DNA of 24,000 nt from the NCBI GenBank assembly GCA_036276695.1, contig DASUOI010000035.1:1-24000 (forward strand), read 5' to 3'. The stretch's first letter is position 1. The number at the start of each line of letters is the position of its first letter. Source of the DNA: Candidatus Saccharimonadales bacterium. Lineage in GTDB: Bacteria > Patescibacteriota > Saccharimonadia > Saccharimonadales > 2-12-FULL-41-12. Positions 1 through 8,040 of this stretch are shown here, piece by piece. Under the pieces are notes generated by a model. That model had not been told where the DNA came from, searched no databases, and worked only from the letters and a program-made list of their open reading frames with translations. The position numbers were made by a program, and so were the translations under genes.

Positions 1-156
1 ATCGTTACTGGACGGTGGGGGCGACCACGGCTTCCAAACTGCCAACATTGCAATAATAACCACTAGCAAGACTATTATTACGATACGCGTGTCTAGTTTT
101 ATATTTATTTTATTACTTTTAGGCTTATTGCCGTCACTTACCTGTTGAGGTTCCAT
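1..156 (-). CDS. Hypothetical membrane-anchored protein, N-terminal 52 codons only (gene runs off the window start)
   Basis: ATG at 156-154 opens a frame with no stop down to position 1. Translation is MEPQQVSDGNKPKSNKINIKLDTRIVIIVLLVVIIAMLAVWKPWSPPPSSND, a polar N-terminus followed by one hydrophobic helix. An AGGA lies about 12 nt upstream. It is absent from the ORF track because it is truncated. Confidence 0.35.
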   Translation of the reverse strand, partial: MEPQQVSDGNKPKSNKINIKLDTRIVIIVLLVVIIAMLAVWKPWSPPPSSND

Positions 157-263
157 AGTTTGGGAAATCCTGTTTATGTTTATAATCTGTCTTTATTCTG
201 CACTGAACTATAGATAATGTAAATATGAAGGAACTGCAAACTGTGCCCCTTTGGACTTGCTCA

Positions 264-272
264 TGCTAATAT
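264..272 (+). promoter_or_regulatory. Extended -10 promoter element TGcTAATAT, 6 nt upstream of ATG 279
   Basis: TGCTAATAT at 264-272 is followed by tatgca and then the ATG. There is no Shine-Dalgarno sequence in between. Confidence 0.4.
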
Positions 273-278
273 TATGCA

Positions 279-818
279 ATGATTAGTCCTGTAATAATAC
301 AGGGTGTCGGCGTTATAGCTTTGATAGCAAATTTGTCGGTATTCCAAACAAACAAACGGCAAAAAATGATCCTGTTCGGTCTGTGTGGGTGCCTGTTATG
401 GGCTACACATTTCTTTCTGCTCGGAGCACTGACCGGAATGGCTGTAAATTTAGTAGCAGCCTTCCGCTTTTACGTCTATTACCGTACTAAGCCTACTAAA
501 AGTAATATCTGGATAATGTGGTCTTTTCTGGGAATTACTGCACTTGCTACCGCGCTGACTTGGCAAGGCTGGATAAGCTTATTGCCATTCATCGGAACGG
601 CCAGCGGAGTGATAGCTTTTTGGCAAAACAAGACTAAATACATACGCCGTCTGGCTATGGCCTCTCCCCCGCCATGGCTTTTATATGCCATAATCGTCGG
701 CTCGTATCCTGGCATAGTAGTAGAAAGCCTGCTATTGGTTTCCAATTTGGTAGGTCAAGCGCGCTTCGATTTCAACAAGCTCCAGTACCGCAAGTTGCTG
801 CGTATCGGCCCAAGATAG
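279..818 (+). CDS. YgjV-family inner membrane protein (about 5 TM helices)
   Basis: 179-aa hydrophobic protein. The N-terminal 'IQGVGVIALIANLSVF' and the 'HFFLLG' segment resemble E. coli YgjV (Imp-YgjV family) as I recall it. Confidence 0.6.
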   Translation: MISPVIIQGVGVIALIANLSVFQTNKRQKMILFGLCGCLLWATHFFLLGALTGMAVNLVAAFRFYVYYRTKPTKSNIWIMWSFLGITALATALTWQGWISLLPFIGTASGVIAFWQNKTKYIRRLAMASPPPWLLYAIIVGSYPGIVVESLLLVSNLVGQARFDFNKLQYRKLLRIGPR

Positions 819-834
819 TTTAGGGTATGTTTAG

Positions 835-863
835 TTGAATATATTGATAAAAAATGTTATAGT
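835..863 (+). promoter_or_regulatory. Sigma70-like promoter TTGAAT-17-TATAGT, with the -10 ending 7 nt before ATG 871
   Basis: TTGAAT at 835-840, a 17-nt spacer, and TATAGT at 858-863, followed by ctattaa and ATG. There is no SD. Confidence 0.45.
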
Positions 864-870
864 CTATTAA

Positions 871-1317
871 ATGAACTCTCCCAGAAAAGGGCCTGAGATA
901 GTAAACAGCCGCCCTGAAACTAACGATAGTCCTACAGTAGCAGGAGGCTCTGATGCTGCCGGTATGGATACAACGGAACCTTATGACCCTGAACATCTAA
1001 AGGATGTAGTGGTCGGTCTTATAAAGAGCAGTCCCCGTAGCAGGATCGTTATGAAAGAGATAGTCTTTGCCCTGACACTCAGGGAAAGCGTTTCTGAAGA
1101 ACTATACTCAGAGATACGCGAGGAATTAAGTTCAATCCAAGAGAGTGGACATATAGTCCATATGAAAAGAGGCAGGTTTGAACTCCCCCAAGCAGAAACA
1201 CCTGCCGCTGAAAGCTCCGTTCTAGACGGAGATGAAGAACTGGAAGCAAAAATGAGAGGAGCTTTTAGCGATTCTTATCACAGCCAGCCACCACGAAAAA
1301 TACGTACTCAAAGGTAG
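871..1317 (+). CDS. Hypothetical protein (148 aa, acidic, no recognised domain)
   Basis: Clean ORF directly behind a promoter-like element. I recognise no motif. The central 'IVMKEIVFALTLRESVSEELYSEIREEL' segment could be a small helical or winged-helix-like domain, but that is speculative. Confidence 0.5.
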   Translation: MNSPRKGPEIVNSRPETNDSPTVAGGSDAAGMDTTEPYDPEHLKDVVVGLIKSSPRSRIVMKEIVFALTLRESVSEELYSEIREELSSIQESGHIVHMKRGRFELPQAETPAAESSVLDGDEELEAKMRGAFSDSYHSQPPRKIRTQR

Positions 1318-1337
1318 TAAACTTTTTTAGCAATAGA

Positions 1338-1697
1338 CTATTTGCGTTTTTTGCGGGCTGGCCTGTCATCTGCAGCTGAATCGCCTGTAACAGAGGCAAG
1401 GAACGAGGTAAGTAAAAAGCCTAAGACCGCGTATACTAGCACCGCAAACAAGGCTGAAACATCCAGCACATTTCCCGGCTCTATGGTGGCAGACGGGAAA
1501 ATGCCCCTGAACGGAGCCATGATTACATCGCTCGTATCATAAATCCAATCTACGAAACCTGCACTTGGATTTGCGCCAAATAGGCGGAATAAAATCCTAA
1601 GCCCAAGTATCAGCATTACTAAGCCGACGAAAAAATCGACCATCCTGGTTATTATGTAGCTTCTTTGCACGAACACCTCCTTAGTTTGTAATACCAT
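1338..1697 (-). CDS. YggT-family small integral membrane protein
   Basis: 119 aa with two TM segments flanking 'WIYDTSDVIMAPFRGIFPS', which resembles the YggT core (x-P-x-R-x-x-x-P). The C-terminus is basic. Confidence 0.55.
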   Translation of the reverse strand: MVLQTKEVFVQRSYIITRMVDFFVGLVMLILGLRILFRLFGANPSAGFVDWIYDTSDVIMAPFRGIFPSATIEPGNVLDVSALFAVLVYAVLGFLLTSFLASVTGDSAADDRPARKKRK

Positions 1698-1747
1698 AAC
1701 CTAACCAGTAAAAGACACGTGTTTCAGTTAAATTCTTAACACCTTAC

Positions 1748-2581
1748 TCATACCTGGCTGGATTCTTCTGGCAAGCGGTCAATAAGCAGCTGGTATATTT
1801 TTTTGTATGAAGGGCCGCTGATTCCTGGTTTTTGCATTCCGTTAATTTGGCTGATACCTATCAAATAACTTGCGCCTGTAGTTAGAAATATTTCGTCCGC
1901 TTCAAACAATTCCTCTTGTTGGGCTAACTTTTCTTCAATACCAAAATTATCCATCAGCCAGCCTCGCACTGTTCCAGCGAGAATCCCTAGGTTCAATGGA
2001 GGAGTATAAATTTTACCTGCCTTTGACCAAAAAATATTTGCGGTCAGTGCTTCTGCTACATACCCTGCCGGATTCAGCAAAATACCCTCAGAGGATTCAT
2101 CCTGCAATTCTTTTTTAGCCAAATATAGATACGAGTATTCTAAAGATTTTATTCGAAAACCTGTCGCACTGAAATATTCCGGTTGGTGACGGGTTATGGA
2201 CTTTAGTATTCGGGCTTTTTTTTCGATAGGTTTGAACTTGTCTATAAGGCTCAGATAAATGATTACATTCGGCTGTCCGTCGGGAATGCCGGAAGTCACG
2301 CAAAAGCGAATCCGCCCGTCTTTACCTGCCGGAATACTGCTTGATAAACCTTTAATCCATCCCAAGTGTTTGTCCTTGTCATAAGTCCAGCTGATATCAA
2401 GTGCTTTTAAGCTTTTATCGAGTCTTGCGAAATGCTCGTCGTGTAAAAATATATTATCTTCAGATACCCTAAAGGTTTCAAAAGCACCGTGCGCAAACAT
2501 AAGACCACGGTCTACTGCGCTGACCTCCGCCTCCGCCGGCGAAAATAATTTACCGTTTATTGATACCGCCTCTATGCTCAT
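1748..2581 (-). CDS. Class IV (fold type IV) PLP aminotransferase / aminodeoxychorismate-lyase-like enzyme
   Basis: 277 aa. The N-terminal 'DRGLMFAHGAFETFRV' and the overall length are typical of the IlvE/PabC/Dat family. Substrate cannot be assigned from sequence. Confidence 0.8.
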   Translation of the reverse strand: MSIEAVSINGKLFSPAEAEVSAVDRGLMFAHGAFETFRVSEDNIFLHDEHFARLDKSLKALDISWTYDKDKHLGWIKGLSSSIPAGKDGRIRFCVTSGIPDGQPNVIIYLSLIDKFKPIEKKARILKSITRHQPEYFSATGFRIKSLEYSYLYLAKKELQDESSEGILLNPAGYVAEALTANIFWSKAGKIYTPPLNLGILAGTVRGWLMDNFGIEEKLAQQEELFEADEIFLTTGASYLIGISQINGMQKPGISGPSYKKIYQLLIDRLPEESSQV

Positions 2582-2602
2582 CCTAGGAGAAATTATAGCC
2601 TA

Positions 2603-3376
2603 TCAGAACTTTTCAGACAGCCGATGCCAATCGCTAAGCGAAAGTTCCTGCGGGCGCTGGCTGGGAGAAATCCCAAGCTTTTCCAAGTTTTCTTTTACTG
2701 CTTGTTTGTCTACGTCTAAGCCGCCAGATAGTGAGTTAAGCAAAGTCTTGCGCCGAGAGGAAAAGCCAGCTTTTACTACCCTGAAAAAATCCTTCGTACT
2801 AATATCTGGGATTTCCTCCGGTTTCTTACGGATTAAATGGACTACTTGCGAATCCACTTTGGGCGGAGGAGTGAATTTGTCCTTAGTAACTTCCACCGAA
2901 AGACTGCAGGAATAATAAAGCTGAGCACTCACGCTAAGAAGCGACATATGTCCAGGCTTGGCGCAAATACGCTCGGCTACTTCTTTTTGGACTAAAAGAG
3001 TAATTGATTGAGGAGAATTCTTTGATTCAGTCAGGTTGCGTATCAAGTGGCTTGTCAGATAATACGGAATATTCGCGACTACCTTATAGCCCGCCGGCAA
3101 GCTTGTTAGGTCAAATTGCAAAATATCATTTATAAACAACTTAAAATTATCTTGTTTGAGGGTCTGCCTCAGCTTGTAAGCTAAGGCTTCGTCTTTCTCT
3201 ACAGAATAAATTTCAGCACCTGTTTCCAGAAGTTTTTCCGTTAAAGTGCCGAGTCCTGGGCCGACCTCCAATACATTATCGCCAGTTTTAACACCCGCAG
3301 TTTTTACTATAGAGTCTAGTATTACCTCGTCAAACAGCCAATGCTGGCCTAAAGATTTTTTGGGTTTTTCTTTCAT
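2603..3376 (-). CDS. rsmA: 16S rRNA (adenine1518/1519-N6)-dimethyltransferase
   Basis: 'KSLGQHWL', the SAM-binding 'VLEVGPGLGTLT' and 'VANIPYY' are classical KsgA/RsmA motifs. Length is 257 aa. Confidence 0.9.
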   Translation of the reverse strand: MKEKPKKSLGQHWLFDEVILDSIVKTAGVKTGDNVLEVGPGLGTLTEKLLETGAEIYSVEKDEALAYKLRQTLKQDNFKLFINDILQFDLTSLPAGYKVVANIPYYLTSHLIRNLTESKNSPQSITLLVQKEVAERICAKPGHMSLLSVSAQLYYSCSLSVEVTKDKFTPPPKVDSQVVHLIRKKPEEIPDISTKDFFRVVKAGFSSRRKTLLNSLSGGLDVDKQAVKENLEKLGISPSQRPQELSLSDWHRLSEKF

Positions 3377-3798
3377 AAATCTAGAAGAGGCAAGCCTATG
3401 GAATCGTCGTGCTTTCGCTCAATCCTACCAGCGCCAAACCAATCGTGAATGAACACTTCGCAAGTTACTGAGACCTTCAATGATTTGATGTGTCCCCCGA
3501 AGGCCTTTCCGTCCTCTCCGGCGAATGTACCATGCAGATGAATAGCTGGCATGTCTCCGTTCCAAGACAGATTGCCTTGAACGTTCAGAATTTCCAGATC
3601 TTGCTCATATTTTTTAAATTTATAATCTTTTGTTTTTAAATCATAATAGCCAGCTTCAAGTTCGTCGCACGCCCCGACAACAAAAATCCATGCGCCTTTG
3701 ATTTGTTCTTTTTTAGCGAAATCAGTCAGACTGCCGACAAGTTCGTCGCCTTTTTTTAAAACTCCAAACCAGTTATATCCGTCAAACTTATATCCCAT
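3373..3798 (-). CDS. PPC (DUF296) domain protein
   Basis: 'LEILNVQGNLS...IHLHGTFAGEDGKAFGGHI...VTCEVFI' matches the PPC/DUF296 pattern. It overlaps the rsmA start by 4 nt. The track start at 3801 is a GTG. I prefer ATG 3798, which lies 7 nt after a -10 box. Confidence 0.7.
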   Translation of the reverse strand: MGYKFDGYNWFGVLKKGDELVGSLTDFAKKEQIKGAWIFVVGACDELEAGYYDLKTKDYKFKKYEQDLEILNVQGNLSWNGDMPAIHLHGTFAGEDGKAFGGHIKSLKVSVTCEVFIHDWFGAGRIERKHDDSIGLPLLDL

Positions 3799-3805
3799 CA
3801 CTCAC

Positions 3806-3814
3806 ATTCTACCA
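3806..3814 (-). promoter_or_regulatory. Extended -10 element TGgTAGAAT, 7 nt upstream of ATG 3798
   Basis: The minus strand reads tggtagaat-gtgagtg-ATG. There is no SD. Confidence 0.4.
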
Positions 3815-3822
3815 CTTGGCTT

Positions 3823-3993
3823 CTAGGAGTTACACACTTGGTAGCCAGGTACGATTTCTCTTTGAGAAGCGGACTAAGCCGTACATCTGGTACGGTGCAG
3901 GAGCATCGGAAAAGAAAATCGTGCATGGCTTCAAGAAGCCGGCAGAGTTTCGAGCTTTGCTCGAAAGTAACCCGGCTGGTGTGTAGCTCCTAG
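3823..3993. other. 171-nt imperfect palindromic, multi-hairpin element (candidate structured RNA, terminator cluster or MITE-like element)
   Basis: A 15-bp closing helix pairs 3823-3837 (ctaggagttacacac) with 3979-3993 (gtgtgtagctcctag), with one G-T pair. Inside it are perfect hairpins at 3879-3895 (ccgtac/gtacgg), 3927-3940 (ggcttc/gaagcc) and 3948-3966 (tttcgagc/gctcgaaa). A longer-range pairing joins 3851-3857 to 3916-3922. Confidence 0.6.
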
Positions 3994-5189
3994 CGGTAGA
4001 TATCTTGGAGGCCGAGGCTGCGGGAGCAAGACGGCCACGGCTGCCACCCTCTAGCCTGATAAGTCTCCCAGGCTTTTTGATCCTGTACAGCCGGAGGGGC
4101 TTCCGCGGCGTTGGAATACCCTCCATAACCGCCCCAAGTACCTATATCAAATTGATAGGCCCCGTAGTAGCCGTTGCCTGTATTGCTAGAATAGCTTCCT
4201 TCACAGCTTCTAAGGCGGGCCAGCGCACCGTCAAAACTACCGTCAAATCCGGCAGTTTTAGTGCCTTCCACGACTATGCGAGGTTTTGGTTGTACGCTGA
4301 TAACGCTCTGAATCTCGCTTCGGCTGACAACTTTGCCTTTTTTGACCTCAATCTGGTAAGTGACTATGCGTATTCCCGGCTCACCTTCATCTATAACTTT
4401 AGTAACTCCGACATCAAGCGTAGCATCATAACGGACTTCCGTAGGCGGGACTATCTGCTCCTCTTCGTTTATTATCTTTTGGCCCGGACGCAGGATGAAT
4501 ATTCTTAGATCTTTCTTTATCTTAGTTCTCAGATTTGGAACGAATTTGTCTTCAGGGTTTATGGATATGTTTTTCTCATTCAGAAGACCTTCTACGTCTT
4601 TTGCCAGCGTCCTTGTCTTTATGTCTTTTCCGTATAAGTTAATCGTGACCGGAGTTGAGCGCTTTATCAAAACCAAATCGCCTACTACTCCATCTTCAAG
4701 CAGAGCGGAATCCGGAGCGGCAAAAGCGATGTTATCTTCCGGGTAAACCTTAAATCCGGCTTTTTTTGCCAGAGCATGGGGAGTTGTCTCAGCTATCTTT
4801 GCCGTTACCGTCTCGCCATTTTCATCAACCACAGTTACAGGACGAGCATGATAAACGCTAACCTTGAAATCATCATCTAGTATGGGGCTGTTAATCCCGG
4901 GTTCTACAACATCTTCTTTCTGCAAAGTAATGCCGATTCTTCCTAACAGCTCGCCTACCGTGGAAGCTCTTGTAGGAACAGTCTTTACCTGCCCGTCTAT
5001 ATATACCTCCACTCGCTTCACGTCAGCATCTTTAAGCGTTTGGCCACCGTACAGCAAAAACCAGAAACAAAAGGTTAGTATCATAAGTATTGTCACAGCC
5101 ACCGGCACGGCTATGGGGTGCTTGAAATGCTTGCCAGTCGGCGTCTGTTCAATTGCTTGCTTGCTTGATTCAAGGTGTTTTCTAATCAT
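3990..5189 (-). CDS. RpfB-type cell-wall hydrolase: N-terminal TM anchor, 3x DUF348, G5 domain, C-terminal Rpf-like transglycosylase domain
   Basis: Three DUF348-like repeats are present ('VEVYIDGQVKTV...', 'VTVVDENGETVTAKI...', 'VTINLYGKDIKTRT...'). A G5-like segment follows ('VRYDATLDVGVTKVIDEGEPGIRIVTYQIEV'). The C-terminal 'CEGSYSSNTGNGYYGAYQFDIGTW...QPWPSC' matches the Rpf catalytic domain pattern. Confidence 0.85.
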   Translation of the reverse strand: MIRKHLESSKQAIEQTPTGKHFKHPIAVPVAVTILMILTFCFWFLLYGGQTLKDADVKRVEVYIDGQVKTVPTRASTVGELLGRIGITLQKEDVVEPGINSPILDDDFKVSVYHARPVTVVDENGETVTAKIAETTPHALAKKAGFKVYPEDNIAFAAPDSALLEDGVVGDLVLIKRSTPVTINLYGKDIKTRTLAKDVEGLLNEKNISINPEDKFVPNLRTKIKKDLRIFILRPGQKIINEEEQIVPPTEVRYDATLDVGVTKVIDEGEPGIRIVTYQIEVKKGKVVSRSEIQSVISVQPKPRIVVEGTKTAGFDGSFDGALARLRSCEGSYSSNTGNGYYGAYQFDIGTWGGYGGYSNAAEAPPAVQDQKAWETYQARGWQPWPSCSRSLGLQDIYR

Positions 5190-5227
5190 ATAAAACAGGT
5201 AGTATTATACAGGATTCAAAGATTTAA

Positions 5228-7351
5228 TTAGCTCAACTTATCCAGCGTAGCAAAAGCGATGTTCAGTTTTTTCACGCCTTTGTGTTTGAAGTTAATCTTA
5301 GCTACTTCGCCGTCGAGGTGTGTCACTTCACCTTCACCGAAAATTTGATGTTTCACGCGATCGCCAATAGCCAATTCCGGCGCGTAATGTTGTTCCACGG
5401 TCTGGTCTACTTCGTAATCGACCTGTGAGCTGGAAGCCAGGCTGGGTTCGCGCGTAAAATCTTCGCTTATCTCAGATAAGAACCTGCTTGGAGGGTTATG
5501 CTGAACCGCTCCATATAAAACTCGCGAACTGCTATGGATTAAAACCAGCTCCTGCTTAGCCCTGGTCATCCCGACATAACAAAGACGGCGCTCTTCTTCC
5601 AGGTCATTGGTATCATAAAAAGCTCTGGAATGCGGAAGAATAGACTCTTCCATGCCAACCATAAAAACCACAGGAAATTCCAGCCCTTTGGCGCTGTGAA
5701 GCGTCATCATAGTTACCCGCTCGGTAGATTCCTGGGTATTATCCCTATCAGAAACTAAAGCTACTTCTTCCAGAAAATCTTCCAAACCGGAATCCTGATA
5801 AATCCGGGCGACACTGAGCAACTCCTTGACGTTTTCAACGCGGGATTCAGACTGAATAGTTCCATCGCTAAGATATTCAAAGTATTCAAGACGTCTGATT
5901 AGCGAGTCCATCAGGCCGGCGGCATTTGTATTGTCAATATTCTCGCGCATATCGGAAAGAATATTATTTAAGTCGTTAAGGCCTTTTTTGGCCTTTGGAG
6001 TAATTTCCGGACAGTCGCCACTTTGATTTAAGGCTTTAGCAAGCGTTAGGCCTGTTTTGTTTTTCCAGGTCAAGAAATTAGCCACGGATTTAGCACCGAC
6101 CGATCTCGCGGGAACATTCACTATCCGCTCAAAACTTACTTGGTCTTCAGGCTGATATATAAGGCGTAAATATGCTACGAGGTCTTTGATTTCTTTGCGG
6201 TCATAAAATCTGATACCGCCGACCATCCTATAAGGCACGCCGTGTCTATTGAATATTTCTTCAAGCGCACGGCTCTGGGCATTAGTGCGGTAAAGGACCG
6301 CAAAGTCTTCCAATGCTCTGCCGGATAGCTGAATCATTTTTATGATAGATTCTGCTTCGTCGCGCTCGTTAAATGCCGCATGCAGGCGTACCGGGACACC
6401 TTTCCCCAGACTCGTCCAAAGTTTTTTATCGGATCTGCTTTTATTATTGGCGATTACTTTATGCGCCGCATCTAAAATATGGCCGCTACTCCGATAATTT
6501 TGCTCAAGCTTTATGATTGCTGCATTCGGATAATCACGCTCAAAGTTCAATATATTACGAAAATTCGCGCCTCGCCAGGAGTAGATGCTCTGCCAATCAT
6601 CGCCGACCACAGCGATATTTTTGTTGTCGTTTACTAGTAGCTTTACTAGTTTATACTGGGCTGAGTTCGTGTCTTGGTATTCGTCGATCATGATGTATTT
6701 GAATGTGTCCTGCCATTTTTGTCTTATCTGGCGATTATTTTGAAGAAGCAAAACTGTCTTACCGATAAGATCGTCAAAATCCAAAGCTCCGGCTTGCTTC
6801 AACATGGATTCGTATTTGGGGAATACTTTAGACGCGGCTTGTTGTAGGGGGCCTTCAGCAAAATTAGTAAATTCCGCGTGGCTGATTAACTCGTTCTTGG
6901 CGCTGCTTATGGCGCTTGCTATAGCTCTGGGCGGAAAACTCTTTTCGTCAATGTTTAGCTCCTTGCAGACTGCTTTTACGAGAGAGAGCCTGTCAGTTTC
7001 GTCAAATATTACGAAGTTGGGAGGCACCTGAACATATTGTCCGTCCCGGCGAAGTATCTTGACGCAAATACTATGGAATGTACCCATGAAGGGGACAAAA
7101 CTGCGATCGTCCGGACTGTGGCCTACCAAGCCCGCTAAGCGCTCGCGCATTTCCCGCGCTGCCTTATTAGTAAAAGTCACAGCCAGGACTTGGTATGGTG
7201 TGGCCTTCTTGTTGGCTATAATGCAGGCAATCCTATGGGTTAAAGCCTTAGTCTTGCCGCTTCCAGCCCCAGCTTGTATTAGAAGCGGACCCTCGGTAGT
7301 TTCAACCGCCCGCTTCTGTTCCTCATTCAAACCCTCAAGTAAATCTTTCAC
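5228..7351 (-). CDS. pcrA: ATP-dependent DNA helicase PcrA/UvrD (SF1)
   Basis: Walker A 'AGAGSGKT', motif II 'DEYQDTN', 'TLHSAKGLEFPVVF' and 'YVGMTRAK'. 707 aa. The start codon at 7351 is GTG. Confidence 0.9.
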   Translation of the reverse strand: MKDLLEGLNEEQKRAVETTEGPLLIQAGAGSGKTKALTHRIACIIANKKATPYQVLAVTFTNKAAREMRERLAGLVGHSPDDRSFVPFMGTFHSICVKILRRDGQYVQVPPNFVIFDETDRLSLVKAVCKELNIDEKSFPPRAIASAISSAKNELISHAEFTNFAEGPLQQAASKVFPKYESMLKQAGALDFDDLIGKTVLLLQNNRQIRQKWQDTFKYIMIDEYQDTNSAQYKLVKLLVNDNKNIAVVGDDWQSIYSWRGANFRNILNFERDYPNAAIIKLEQNYRSSGHILDAAHKVIANNKSRSDKKLWTSLGKGVPVRLHAAFNERDEAESIIKMIQLSGRALEDFAVLYRTNAQSRALEEIFNRHGVPYRMVGGIRFYDRKEIKDLVAYLRLIYQPEDQVSFERIVNVPARSVGAKSVANFLTWKNKTGLTLAKALNQSGDCPEITPKAKKGLNDLNNILSDMRENIDNTNAAGLMDSLIRRLEYFEYLSDGTIQSESRVENVKELLSVARIYQDSGLEDFLEEVALVSDRDNTQESTERVTMMTLHSAKGLEFPVVFMVGMEESILPHSRAFYDTNDLEEERRLCYVGMTRAKQELVLIHSSSRVLYGAVQHNPPSRFLSEISEDFTREPSLASSSQVDYEVDQTVEQHYAPELAIGDRVKHQIFGEGEVTHLDGEVAKINFKHKGVKKLNIAFATLDKLS

Positions 7352-7358
7352 TACTACT

Positions 7359-7387
7359 ATTATATTAGACTGTTAGCACTTTTGTAA
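7359..7387 (-). promoter_or_regulatory. Sigma70-like promoter TTACAA-17-TATAAT, with the -10 ending 7 nt before the pcrA GTG
   Basis: The minus strand reads ttacaa (7387-7382), a 17-nt spacer, tataat (7364-7359), agtagta, then GTG 7351. Confidence 0.45.
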
Positions 7388-7401
7388 TTGGTTGCCAGAC
7401 G

Positions 7402-8040
7402 CTAGTTCTTAATAAACTCAAGCGGTAAATCAAAACCAATATCTATATACCCGGCATCGACCGCCAAGTAGGCAACTACCGACACAATTAACAGTAATAA
7501 GAAAAGCCAGGAAACTAACCTTTCAGCAGAACCTTTATGACCGCCCTCAATTATCGGCAATCTATATTTTCCGTCTTTGATTAGTCCGTCTATATATTCT
7601 TGGTGCTTTTTGTTTTCTTCCTCTTGCTTACTTTCAACTTTTTTGGCGTCCGCAGTCTGAGCTAGAGCGTCAATAGCCGCTGATTCTGAAGCTTCGGTAT
7701 CTGCTTGTTGTTTTGGGGCTTCATTTTCTTTATTGTCTTCCTTTTCAACATCTTCTTTCTGCTCAGTATCTTTTTCATCTTCTCCGTCTTCTTTACTTTT
7801 GAAGTCATCAGAAATCGGCACAATCTTTGCTTTGGATCTGCTGACATAAGAATTCTTGTCAGCTTTTTCTTCGGTATCTTTCTTAGATTCGTCATTGGAT
7901 GAAAAAGATACCATCGGGTCGTTTTTTACTGTTGGGTTATGTCCGGTAATAGTCGGACGGGCATTGGAAGAAGCTGGCGTCTCTCCGGGTTTGGAAACGT
8001 CATTAACTTTATCGGAAGATTTTTTACTTTTTCTTGCCAC
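7402..8040 (-). CDS. Hypothetical acidic low-complexity protein with a C-terminal TM anchor
   Basis: 212 aa. A long K/E/D-rich disordered region is followed by 'LVSWLFLLLLIVSVVAYLAV'. Its start overlaps the tpiA 3' end by 17 nt. Confidence 0.55.
   Translation of the reverse strand: MARKSKKSSDKVNDVSKPGETPASSNARPTITGHNPTVKNDPMVSFSSNDESKKDTEEKADKNSYVSRSKAKIVPISDDFKSKEDGEDEKDTEQKEDVEKEDNKENEAPKQQADTEASESAAIDALAQTADAKKVESKQEEENKKHQEYIDGLIKDGKYRLPIIEGGHKGSAERLVSWLFLLLLIVSVVAYLAVDAGYIDIGFDLPLEFIKN

Noticed and set aside
3860-3905. TPP (THI-box) riboswitch resemblance ('tgagaagc ... atctggtacggtgcaggag')
   Set aside because: The CUGAGA and 'CCUGAUCUGG...CCAGCGUAGGGA' helices are not reproduced. Here the stem is ccgtac/gtacgg, and the orientation on the plus strand has no downstream gene.
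3830-4126. 98-aa minus-strand ORF overlapping the rpf-like 3' end and the structured spacer
   Set aside because: It is out of frame with the well-supported Rpf domain, Arg/Pro-rich, and runs through the hairpin element.
4005-4508. 167-aa plus-strand ORF, together with 4495-4746 and 4864-5193, antisense to the rpf-like gene
   Set aside because: These ORFs lie entirely inside a well-supported minus-strand CDS. Their products are low-complexity, with no motifs and no RBS. They are typical shadow ORFs.
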